Positions 33,048 to 40,570 of a stretch of DNA of 45,076 nt are shown piece by piece. How positions within the stretch are numbered: position 1 is the stretch's first letter; each line of letters begins with the position of its first letter. The translations under genes and the position numbers were made by a program. The DNA is from a virus (taxonomy: Duplodnaviria > Caudoviricetes), in the IMG/VR virus record IMGVR_UViG_3300036856_000040, positions 1-45,076 of that record. One strand, given 5' to 3'. The notes under the pieces were generated by a model, which was not told where the DNA came from, searched no databases, and was given only the letters and a program-made list of their open reading frames with translations.

Positions 33048-33200
33048 CTACTTCTTCTTCTTGGCGTCGTTCTTCTGGTCGAGCATGAAGTTGACGCGGT
33101 TGAGGCCGTCCTTGGCGTCCTTCTCAGCGGCCCGCTTGAACGCCCACTTCTCGATCTCGCGCTTCGCGGAGTCAGAGATCTGGTTGTCCTTCTTGCCCAT
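33048..33200 (-). CDS. 50-aa Lys-rich microprotein
   Basis: AAAGGACAGGACC-ATG; MGKKDNQISDSAKREIEKW...KKKK*. Confidence 0.7.
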   Translation of the reverse strand: MGKKDNQISDSAKREIEKWAFKRAAEKDAKDGLNRVNFMLDQKNDAKKKK

Positions 33201-33281
33201 GGTCCTGTCCTTTCGCCCGGGGCCAGCCCTGTGCTGACTGCCCGATCGGCCGCACGTGCGAGACGCGCGGCCTCGGGGCCG

Positions 33282-33449
33282 TCACCCCCCGAAGATGATC
33301 CGGTCGGCCGCGGCCTCCTCTTCGGGGCTGCAGTTGCGGTAGGCGGACCGCAGCAGGTTGGCCGTCTTCTTCGCCTGTTCGGGGTCCTGCTGGCCGGTCT
33401 GCTTGGCCAGCTTGACCACTTTGTCCACCTGGGATTTCCGGAGTGCCAT
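33282..33449 (-). CDS. 55-aa microprotein
   Basis: GAAGGACAGGACG-ATG; MALRKSQVDKVVKLAK...DRIIFGG*. Confidence 0.7.
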   Translation of the reverse strand: MALRKSQVDKVVKLAKQTGQQDPEQAKKTANLLRSAYRNCSPEEEAAADRIIFGG

Positions 33450-33468
33450 CGTCCTGTCCTTCCGTTGG

Positions 33469-33684
33469 TTACTTCCTGGTAATGAACGCCCGCCACTGCG
33501 CCGGGCTGAACGCCAGCACCGGCCCAGCCGGGTCCTTGCTGTCCCGCACCGCCACCACGGCCGGGCCGTTCCCGGCCTCAACGCAGTTGCTCTGGAACGA
33601 GCTGGCCGAGGCCTTCCGCCAGCCGGCCACCTCCACACAGTTGCCGTTCGAAAAGCTGTACGAGGACTTACGCCACATGGTCAT
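33469..33684 (-). CDS. DUF397 (BldB/Scr2-like) protein
   Basis: WRKSSYS..GNCVEVA (duplicated) and VAVRDSKDPAGPVLAFSPAQWRAF. Confidence 0.9.
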   Translation of the reverse strand: MTMWRKSSYSFSNGNCVEVAGWRKASASSFQSNCVEAGNGPAVVAVRDSKDPAGPVLAFSPAQWRAFITRK

Positions 33685-34052
33685 CACCTCCTCTCGCTGC
33701 CACGCTGGAGCGCGGCCAACTGCTCTGCCTGCTCGGCCGGAGTGCCGTGCAGGTGGATGTGGAGCTCGCGCGGGACCTCGATCGCCTGGACCGGCCGGCC
33801 GGTTAGCGCCGGGCGCTCCGGCCCGGCCAGGTACATCGGCCGGCCCCCGGTGGCCACCTGGGCGCCGTTGCGGGCCATCCACACCAGCACGCCGACCGCC
33901 ACCACCACGGCCAGGCCGACCATCAGGCCGACGATCAGCTCATAGGCAAGCACCAGCCACACCGCCAGCGCCGCCCCGCCCAGCGTGCCGAGCGTGGCCA
34001 GCACCTTGCCGTCGCCGCAGCCAGGGCAGTGCAGGCCCGGGCATCCGCTCAT
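33684..34052 (-). CDS. Membrane protein (Cys-rich N-terminus, 2 TM, ELHIHLHG)
   Basis: ATGA and TGATG coupling; hydrophobic segments. Confidence 0.7.
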   Translation of the reverse strand: MSGCPGLHCPGCGDGKVLATLGTLGGAALAVWLVLAYELIVGLMVGLAVVVAVGVLVWMARNGAQVATGGRPMYLAGPERPALTGRPVQAIEVPRELHIHLHGTPAEQAEQLAALQRGSERR

Positions 34053-34291
34053 CGTTGCCTCCTCTTGGCCCGCTCCTGGAGCGAGACCGCGCCGCGGTGG
34101 ATCGTCTTCGCGCCGAGACGGCGCCGGTTGCCAGCACCCCGGCAGCGTCGGCACTGACCCCACCGGCTGCTGTTGCTGCCCGGGTTCCGGCCGGTGCCCT
34201 CGCAGCGGCGGCACTTCGCGAACGGCCACAGGTACAGCGACCCGGCCCACCCGCCTACGGCCAGCAGAGCCAGCCCGATGGTCTCGATCAT
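34049..34291 (-). CDS. Membrane-anchored DnaJ-type zinc-finger protein
   Basis: TM then WPFAKCRRCEGTG...CRRCRGAG.RRRLG. Confidence 0.75.
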   Translation of the reverse strand: MIETIGLALLAVGGWAGSLYLWPFAKCRRCEGTGRNPGSNSSRWGQCRRCRGAGNRRRLGAKTIHRGAVSLQERAKRRQR

Positions 34292-34298
34292 GTCCGCC

Positions 34299-34778
34299 TC
34301 ACACGTGCTCCAGCGGGCACGCCTCGATGCCCTCTTTGAACGCCGCGCAGGCCGCGCGGCGGCAGTCCTCGTCGTTGCATGACCGGTAGTCGTGCTGCGG
34401 GGCGCGCTGTTTCGGCGCGGGCCGGGCCTTCTGGCGGCGCTGGGCCGCGGCAGCCTTCCGCCGGTCGGCCGCCGCCTTGCGCCGGGCCTTGGCCTTCTCC
34501 CGCTGCCGGGCCCGGGTCGCCGCCTTCCGCTCGCGTTCCCGCTGCCGCTTCTCGGCCGCCTTGGCCCGGCGGGCCGCGGCCGCCTTCTGCCGCTCGGCCG
34601 CGCGCTGGCGCTTCCTGAAGTCGGTCTTGACCGTGCACGTGTGGGTCAGCGGGTTGGTGTACCGCTTGCCGCACGTGCCGCACCGGCGGCTCGTCGCCCG
34701 CTGGGCCCGCCGCCGGACGCGGGTCTTCAGCTTCGGCTTCTTCCTGGCCGGCTTGGACAGGTCGATCAGCTTCGCCAC
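34299..34778 (-). CDS. Highly basic zinc-binding protein
   Basis: GGAGGTG SD; CGTC...HTC, Arg/Lys/Ala helix, HDYRSC...C...C. Confidence 0.7.
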   Translation of the reverse strand: MAKLIDLSKPARKKPKLKTRVRRRAQRATSRRCGTCGKRYTNPLTHTCTVKTDFRKRQRAAERQKAAAARRAKAAEKRQRERERKAATRARQREKAKARRKAAADRRKAAAAQRRQKARPAPKQRAPQHDYRSCNDEDCRRAACAAFKEGIEACPLEHV

Positions 34779-34791
34779 GGAGTCACCTCCG

Positions 34792-34913
34792 GGTCGCGGC
34801 AGACGATTCCAGGTCGCGGCTGCGCGACCGGCGCTGACCTGCACAAATGGTGTTTGCCGCGACCTGCCGCGACCTGAGCCACCGCGCTGACCTGCGAGGT
34901 CGCGGGTCGCGGC
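34792..34913. repeat. clt-like array of 8-10-bp repeats (putative TraB recognition sequences)
   Basis: GGTCGCGG at 34792, 34812, 34898, 34905; CCGCGACC at 34857, 34867; GCGCTGACCTGC at 34831, 34884; non-coding, directly 3' of traB. Confidence 0.7.
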
Positions 34914-34926
34914 CGAATCGGCGCGC

Positions 34927-37011
34927 TCACTGCTCTGCTGCCTTCAGGACGTCCGCGCGGCGGCACCCCTTCACGGCGCGACCGAACGCCTTCACGTCCA
35001 CGCTGGGCACGCCCAGCGCCCGGCACTCGGCCGACACGGCGCCCGGGTTCGTCTCGGCCCAGCGCTCCGGAATCTGCGCCTGGAGCCGCCCGGCCAGCTG
35101 CGGCCACTGGAGCCCAGCGTCATCGCCGAACACCCGCAGCACGTCAGCCAGGACGTCCCGGTCGTCCTGCTCGGCCTCCTGGCCCAGCGCCATCCCGGCC
35201 AGCGTCCCGGCCTTGCTCCGCAGCGCCCGGGCCGCGGTCAGGATCTTCTCCGCGTCCCGGCCGTCGGCCAGGTAGGTGCGCACCGTCGGGGACTTGTCCG
35301 TGGCCCCGCGCAGGATGCCGACACCCTTGTACTCCGGCAGCAGCGTCGAGGTGTCCAGGCCCTCGCTGTACGCTCCGGCACCCAGGCACAGCTCCGACAC
35401 CTGCCACGACGAGGTGCGCAGGCCGAACTTGATCTGGTGGTTGTCGCGGAAGCTGGTGAACTGCTGGCCCACCTGCCCCGACCCGACACCCGATGGCCGC
35501 TGCGTTGAGTCGAGCAGGATGATGCCGACGCTCGGCCCGATCTTCACCAGGTGGGTGAGCAGCGAGGCGACCGTCTTGCTGGCGTCGCCCAGGTCGTAGA
35601 CCTCCTGAAACTCGTCCATGACCAGCAGTCGGACCGGCATCCGGTACCGGGGGTCGCGGGCGATCTCCCTGGTCAGCTTCCCTTCGGGGCAGATCGTGGA
35701 CGGCAGCTCGGACAGCCGGTGGTTGCGGTCCTGGACGTCGGCCTTGATGGCCTCCAGCGTGTTGCCGAAGATCTCCAGCGGGTCACCGTCGCGGGTCCGG
35801 GTCAGGCCGAAGCCGCACGAGTCCGCGACCAGCGCGAACTTCCGCCAGTCCGGGGAGCCCTTGAAGTCGAACACGTCCAGCTTCACGTGCGGGTCCAGGG
35901 CCGCGTACAGGGCCAGCTGGCGGGCCGAGAACGTCTTGCCCTGCCGGGGCAGCGCCGAGACCAGGATCGACTGCCACAGCAGCGGCACGGTGACCAGCTG
36001 GCCGCGCTCGTCCAGGCCGAACGGCGCGGGCTTCCAGATATCGGTCGCGGTGCACTTCAGCAGCGGTGTCCGGCCGACCGGCACGGCCAGCGGGTCACGG
36101 TCGGCGACCCACAGGGTGTGGCGCCGGTAGCTGGTCGGGTCGCGATGCAGGAACACCTGGGACAGCGAGACGTCCAGGCCGGACGCCAGCGCGGGCTTGG
36201 CCTTCGTCGCGTCGTCGAGGCCCTTGCCGTAGGGCAGGTCGATCGCCACCCGGGAGCCCTCGCCGTCCCGGCTCATCGGAGAGCCGAACGTGACCTGCTG
36301 GCCATCCTTCTCCGGATCGCCCAGGCCAGCGGCGTAGTAGGCCCGCAGGACCACGTCGGCGCTGATCACCCGGAACCGCGGCGTGATCATCGACGGGGTG
36401 ATGATCGGCCGGTCCGCGGGCCGGCCGGCCCGGGCCAGCATCACGACGGCCACCACTGCGGCGGCGATGGCGATCAGCAGCTTGTCCGGGGAGTACCGCA
36501 GGAACACGCCCACCAGCACGCACAGAACGACCAGGGCGATCGTGGCGATGGCCCGCCGCTCGTCCCGCTGCTTCTTCGCCGCGGTGGCCAGGGCCCGGTA
36601 CTCGCGGCTGTCACCGTTGATGACGGCCTGGGACCGCAGCGGGGTGTGGTCAGCCACCGACAGCCACGCGGCCAGGTTCCCGGCCGTGACGACCAGGCCA
36701 TACGCGGCCCAGCCGAGCGTCTTGGCCAGGTACCAGGGTGCCCGCAGCCCGTGGAAGGCGGCGTGGTGGCCGGCCGTGGTGGCCAGCCGGGCCGCTTCGG
36801 CCCGGGCCACGGCCGCCGACTGGAGCGGGGCCGGGATGATCGAGCGGCGCTCACCGTCGAACGGCAGGCGGGCGACCGCCTCACCGTCGTGCACAGGCGC
36901 GACGTCGGCATCCGGCGCCTGGTCGATCGCCACCTCGTAGCTCGTGTCGAACTTCTCGGGCGCGTCCTGGTCGGACTTGTCGGGGAACGGGACGATCTCG
37001 GCGTCGGCCAT
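34927..37011 (-). CDS. traB: TraB/TraSA-like FtsK/SpoIIIE DNA translocase
   Basis: N-terminal TMs, ALPRQGKT (Walker A), DFKG, LLVMDEFQE (Walker B), STQRPS, C-terminal wHTH-like DVLADVLRVF...RALGVPS. Confidence 0.85.
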   Translation of the reverse strand: MADAEIVPFPDKSDQDAPEKFDTSYEVAIDQAPDADVAPVHDGEAVARLPFDGERRSIIPAPLQSAAVARAEAARLATTAGHHAAFHGLRAPWYLAKTLGWAAYGLVVTAGNLAAWLSVADHTPLRSQAVINGDSREYRALATAAKKQRDERRAIATIALVVLCVLVGVFLRYSPDKLLIAIAAAVVAVVMLARAGRPADRPIITPSMITPRFRVISADVVLRAYYAAGLGDPEKDGQQVTFGSPMSRDGEGSRVAIDLPYGKGLDDATKAKPALASGLDVSLSQVFLHRDPTSYRRHTLWVADRDPLAVPVGRTPLLKCTATDIWKPAPFGLDERGQLVTVPLLWQSILVSALPRQGKTFSARQLALYAALDPHVKLDVFDFKGSPDWRKFALVADSCGFGLTRTRDGDPLEIFGNTLEAIKADVQDRNHRLSELPSTICPEGKLTREIARDPRYRMPVRLLVMDEFQEVYDLGDASKTVASLLTHLVKIGPSVGIILLDSTQRPSGVGSGQVGQQFTSFRDNHQIKFGLRTSSWQVSELCLGAGAYSEGLDTSTLLPEYKGVGILRGATDKSPTVRTYLADGRDAEKILTAARALRSKAGTLAGMALGQEAEQDDRDVLADVLRVFGDDAGLQWPQLAGRLQAQIPERWAETNPGAVSAECRALGVPSVDVKAFGRAVKGCRRADVLKAAEQ

Positions 37012-37211
37012 CAGGCCCACCTCCAGTCAGCGGGGCGAAGCGGGTAGCGGAGAACATGCCGGACGGCCAGCCACAGCCCCGCCGTAGCGGCCGCGGCCAG
37101 GACGATGACGGCGAGCAGCGGGACATTGAAGGTCAGGCCGGCCACGGTGGCCCGGGCCGGGACCGCGGCGACGGCCAGGACAAAGGCGAGCAGCTTGAGC
37201 AGCGCGGTCAC
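37011..37211 (-). CDS. Small 2-TM membrane protein (Spd-like)
   Basis: Hydrophobic; TGATG coupling to traB. Confidence 0.7.
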   Translation of the reverse strand: MTALLKLLAFVLAVAAVPARATVAGLTFNVPLLAVIVLAAAATAGLWLAVRHVLRYPLRPADWRWA

Positions 37212-37369
37212 CGGCCCGGCCCCCTCTGGTCGCCGCGGGTCACCTTGCTGTCCTGCGGCGGGCGGCGGCCGCTCATCGCGGCAGCGTTGTGGTGGCGGAC
37301 CTTGCGCAGCTCCGACAGCCGGCCGCTGAGCGGCGCACCGGCGGTCGCGTTCAGGATGCGGTCACTCAT
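37208..37369 (-). CDS. 53-aa basic hypothetical protein
   Basis: ATGA and GTGA overlaps; MSDRILNATAGAPLSGRLSELRKVRHHN... Confidence 0.55.
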   Translation of the reverse strand: MSDRILNATAGAPLSGRLSELRKVRHHNAAAMSGRRPPQDSKVTRGDQRGPGR

Positions 37370-38094
37370 GACGCACCGTCCGTACCTGGCACCAGCGACC
37401 GCAGATAGGCCCTTACCTCAGTGGCCTTGTCCTGGCCGACGTGGAGTCGCGTCTTGATCGCCTCGATGCCGGGTGTCCGCCCGGCCAGCAGGTCGGCGGC
37501 GAACTCCGTACTCGCCTGCCGGTGCAGCTCGGGTAGCCCTACCTCGTCACTGTCCCCGGTGCTCAGCCAGTCGAGCAGCTTGTCGACGGGCGCGTCGGGC
37601 TCCGGCCGGTCCGGCGCGGCCGGGCTGGGCTCAGGTAGGGCCGCGTCCTCGCCGGGCCCGGGCCGGTCGCCGTCAGGTAGGGCGCGCAGCAGGTGCGTCA
37701 GCGCGGCCCCGAATCCGAGGGTGACGACCGGCAGGCAGGCGACCAGCACGACCACCGGCCACGGGGCCCGGGTACGGCCCGCCGCGGTCAGCAGGTGGAA
37801 GATGATCTGCCCGAGCATGCCGAGCACGAGGGCGCCGATAGCGGACCGGCGGGCGAACGTGCGGGCCCGGGCCGGGGTGCCGCCGTGCAGCCACGCGCCG
37901 AGCGCGAACGCCCCGTACGCCTCGACACCGACCGGCAGCGTGATCGCCGTGTTGAGATGCCAGGCGACGATGCCGGGCAGCGGCTGGACGAGGCCGAAGC
38001 CGCACAGCTCGCCCAGGCCGACCCAGCCGGACCAGATGGCCACGGCCGCGGGGGAGGCGATGAAGAACAGCGGCCAGCGGCGGGGGGCGTTCAC
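37366..38094 (-). CDS. SpdB/DUF2637-like 4-TM spread protein with C-terminal HTH-like region
   Basis: WSGWVGLG, LPVGVEAY, VACLPVVTLG, then PGIEAIKTRLHVGQDKA. Confidence 0.7.
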   Translation of the reverse strand: MNAPRRWPLFFIASPAAVAIWSGWVGLGELCGFGLVQPLPGIVAWHLNTAITLPVGVEAYGAFALGAWLHGGTPARARTFARRSAIGALVLGMLGQIIFHLLTAAGRTRAPWPVVVLVACLPVVTLGFGAALTHLLRALPDGDRPGPGEDAALPEPSPAAPDRPEPDAPVDKLLDWLSTGDSDEVGLPELHRQASTEFAADLLAGRTPGIEAIKTRLHVGQDKATEVRAYLRSLVPGTDGAS

Positions 38095-38318
38095 GACGCC
38101 CCGCCGGCCATCTCGTCAATGAGGTCGAGCAGATGCCGGACGGTGGCCCGGGCTTCGCCGAACGCGACCGCGAACACGAACGCATCGCCCTTGGGGAAGT
38201 CCTGCGGCTGGGCCAGCTGGTGGGCGTCGGAGTTCGCGACCTTGCGGGCCCGCTCCAGCGTCATCCGCTGGGTGTGGGTCAGTCTGGACGCGCCGGGCGC
38301 GTCGTCTTTAGAGTTCAC
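38091..38318 (-). CDS. Hypothetical protein
   Basis: GGAAGAGG SD; GTGA overlap. Confidence 0.7.
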   Translation of the reverse strand: MNSKDDAPGASRLTHTQRMTLERARKVANSDAHQLAQPQDFPKGDAFVFAVAFGEARATVRHLLDLIDEMAGGAS

Positions 38319-38354
38319 GGTGGGCCTCTTCCTGCTAGCTCAGGTTGGGGTCAA

Positions 38355-38387
38355 GGGCCGCGGGCGTGTTCCACCACCCCGCGGCCC
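38355..38387 (-). promoter_or_regulatory. GC hairpin in the leader of the transfer operon
   Basis: GGGCCGCGGG...CCCGCGGCCC 10-bp stem with GTG-GTGGAA-CAC apex on the minus strand. Confidence 0.55.
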
Positions 38388-38389
38388 GC

Positions 38390-38611
38390 CTATTCAGTTG
38401 GTAAGACGTTCAGTTCCCGGTCCAGGTCATCGAGCGTTCGAGCAGTCACATAGTGCTGCGCTCCGCTGGTGACCCGGGTAGCGCACCAGCCGGGGGCGCC
38501 GTCGTTCCGGCCGATCTCCCACCGGTCGCCATGCCGGGCGCGGACCTCCGCCAGGCCGATCGCCAGTGCGTCATCCATGAGCGCCCGGGCGTCAGCCGGC
38601 GTGATGTCCAC
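38390..38611 (-). CDS. Hypothetical protein, first gene of the transfer operon
   Basis: Leaderless-type promoter; HGDRWEI...WCATR...VTARTLDDL. Confidence 0.7.
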   Translation of the reverse strand: MDITPADARALMDDALAIGLAEVRARHGDRWEIGRNDGAPGWCATRVTSGAQHYVTARTLDDLDRELNVLPTE

Positions 38612-38694
38612 GTGACCAGCGTACGACTATAGCTGACTATGGCAAGGGTTACCTTGCGTAGTCACGCCATGGGCGGGTGCGCTAACTTGCCCCG
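38612..38694. promoter_or_regulatory. Divergent promoters with palindromic operator
   Basis: Minus TTGCCA-16-TACGCT-6-GTG; plus TAACTT-6-ATG; TGACTA-TG-GCAAGG-GTTA-CCTTGC-G-TAGTCA (38634-38664); extra GACTAT at 38625. Confidence 0.65.
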
Positions 38695-38934
38695 ATGATC
38701 ATCGATCCCGACTCACCAGAACACCCATACCTGCAGCTAGCGAGCTATCTGAGACAACGGATCAGGGACGGCGACCTGACCTCGAAACTTCCGTCCCTGA
38801 CCGCCCTCACCGAGGAGACCGGGCTCGCCCTGAACACCGTTCAGCGCGCCGTCCGGGTCCTGAAAGACGAGGGCCTGGTCTACACGGTGCCCGGCCGTGG
38901 CGTGTTCGTGAGCAAGGACCCCCGCCGTCCCTAG
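38695..38934 (+). CDS. GntR-family repressor (KorSA/KorA-like, wHTH only)
   Basis: PYLQLASYLRQRIRDG...LPS..AL.EETGLALNTVQRAVRVLKDEGLVYTVPGRGVFV. Confidence 0.9.
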   Translation: MIIDPDSPEHPYLQLASYLRQRIRDGDLTSKLPSLTALTEETGLALNTVQRAVRVLKDEGLVYTVPGRGVFVSKDPRRP

Positions 38935-38950
38935 CGGCGGGGGTCCTTGC
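38912..38950. terminator. 16-bp perfect hairpin between convergent gntR and int
   Basis: GCAAGGACCCCCGCCG-TCCCTAG-CGGCGGGGGTCCTTGC. Confidence 0.7.
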
Positions 38951-39025
38951 GGCTCGGAAGGGCAGCGGCACGCCGCTACTGCCCGGGCAGGTGTGTCGCC
39001 ATGGCTTGCCATAGCAAGGACTCCG

Positions 39026-39922
39026 TTACCCGCTCTTCTTGCGGCCCCGGACCGGCCGCAGCGCCGTCGGCACCGGCAGCGCCCGGACCGTCTCGACGGC
39101 CTCCACGTTGTCGAACGCGGCGTATCCGGCGGTGGTGTGCGGGTAGGCGTGGCCCATCAGCTCCTGGACGACGCGAAGGTCGTGCTTGGCCCGGTAGGTG
39201 TTCGTCCCGAACCAGTGCCTCAGCTTGTGCAGCGTGGAGACCGACCCGCACTCGTGCAGGTGCTCGTTGGCGAGCTGGGACACCAGCCACGGCTTGTTCG
39301 GGCCCGGGTGCCCGTCGTGGCGGCGGAACACATACCCCATGTGCCGGCCGGGCAGCGCGGCCAGCTCGGCCGCGGCGAACTCGTGCAGCGGGATCGTCCG
39401 CTCCCGGATGCCCTTCGTGGCGTCAGCGGCGACCAGCAGCACCGGCGGCTCGGCGTTGGCGAGCACGTTCTCCCACCGCAGCAAGGCGATCTCCTTGGCC
39501 CGCAGGCCGCACCAGGCGGCCAGGACGAGCCAGGGCCGTATGCGGGCGTCGGCGGTGGCGACCGCGTACGCCAGGTCCTCGTCGCTGATCGGGCGGGGCA
39601 GGCGCCGCCCGGTCTTCGGCACCGGGACCCGGGCGGTCGGGTCGTCTTCCCGCTGCCCCTCCTGCATCATCCAGCGGTAGAAACTGCGGATGTGCGAGAC
39701 GTACCCGGCGATCGTGTCGTTGGTCACGGTCAGGGACAGGCGCCACCGGATCAGATCATCGTCGGTGGCGTCCCTTAAAGGACCGGGGGTACTCCGCGCC
39801 AGCAGCCGCAGCGCGCGCGCCCGGTTGTAGATGGTGTTGTCGGCCAGGCCGAGCAGGTGCATGTACCTGAGGTGCGCAGCGATGAGAGCAGCATCCTGCG
39901 CCGAGAAGATCGGCATAGACAT
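39026..39922 (-). CDS. int: Tyrosine integrase lacking an arm-binding domain
   Basis: GLRAKEI (R), TKG (K), HKLRH, MGHA, TTAGY; about 298 aa. Confidence 0.9.
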   Translation of the reverse strand: MSMPIFSAQDAALIAAHLRYMHLLGLADNTIYNRARALRLLARSTPGPLRDATDDDLIRWRLSLTVTNDTIAGYVSHIRSFYRWMMQEGQREDDPTARVPVPKTGRRLPRPISDEDLAYAVATADARIRPWLVLAAWCGLRAKEIALLRWENVLANAEPPVLLVAADATKGIRERTIPLHEFAAAELAALPGRHMGYVFRRHDGHPGPNKPWLVSQLANEHLHECGSVSTLHKLRHWFGTNTYRAKHDLRVVQELMGHAYPHTTAGYAAFDNVEAVETVRALPVPTALRPVRGRKKSG

Positions 39923-40043
39923 CCTCGTCCATTTGTCATGGATGACCCCCCCGGGATCACTTCCGTACATCTGGACGACGCCCGACCCTTTAGGAAAGTT
40001 TACAAACTACAAGTAATTGGGGTTATTTAGCCGTCACTGTCCG

Positions 40044-40403
40044 CTATGCCACGTGATGGAGGGTTCTACTCAAGTGAAGCCCTGAACTCAAACCTGATAT
40101 GAACCCCCCGCCACGCTGGGCTTTTGAGGTTTCACGGCTGATCTTCGAGCCCCCCCGGCCCGTAGGGTCCGTATCGGCCAGCCAGGCGAACGGTACCCCC
40201 GTCCGCAATGCCCACATCTTGAGGTATGCGGCCTTCGGCGCGGCACCGCGGTCGTTGAGCCAGCGACCCACTGTAGACCGGCTGACGCCCATCTCGTCGG
40301 CCATCTCCTCGACGCCGATTCCGGCGTGCGAGAGCGAGCGCTGAAGCCGCCAGCCGAGCGTCCACTCCGGGATCTCGCCCATCGTCTCAGGCAGTTCTGT
40401 CAT
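40044..40403 (-). CDS. Immunity repressor (XRE HTH, BPs/Brujita-like)
   Basis: IPEWTLGWRLQRSL...MADEMGVSRSTVGRW...WALRTGVPFAWL; low-GC C-terminal tail. Confidence 0.85.
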   Translation of the reverse strand: MTELPETMGEIPEWTLGWRLQRSLSHAGIGVEEMADEMGVSRSTVGRWLNDRGAAPKAAYLKMWALRTGVPFAWLADTDPTGRGGSKISRETSKAQRGGGFISGLSSGLHLSRTLHHVA

Positions 40404-40449
40404 GCGTTCCCCAGCCTTCTTCGAGCGCACGCGGGTGCACGCCCTCCGC

Positions 40450-40570
40450 GCGTCATTGTGCGTCGCATGACCGACGTACGTCAAGGCGGCGCTAGGTGAC
40501 AAAGTCGTTACCCTGCTTCATTTGACCGGCGTGCGCCAATGGGGCAAGATGACGCCATGACCAATGACGC
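40450..40570. promoter_or_regulatory. Divergent repressor/cro promoters with ATGACGC operator-like motifs
   Basis: Minus TTGACG-18-CACAAT; plus TTGACC-17-CAAGAT-6-ATG; ATGACGC at both -10 boxes and AATGACGC at 40563. Confidence 0.65.

Noticed and set aside
34792-34913. Repeat cluster as CRISPR or as the coding 5' extension of the 34299-34844 ORF
   Set aside because: Units are 8-12 bp in both orientations; the gene has a clear GGAGGTG SD and GTG at 34778.
34927-37011. FtsK ATPase as a packaging motor or type VII secretion EccC
   Set aside because: A terminase is present; there is a single ATPase domain with N-terminal TMs, Spd/Kor neighbours, and no WXG100 genes.
40050-40136. dif site, parS site or tRNA fragment in the repressor tail
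   Set aside because: Only partial matches (TCAAGT end, GTTTCACG half-site, GGGGGTTCATATC); none is complete enough to call.
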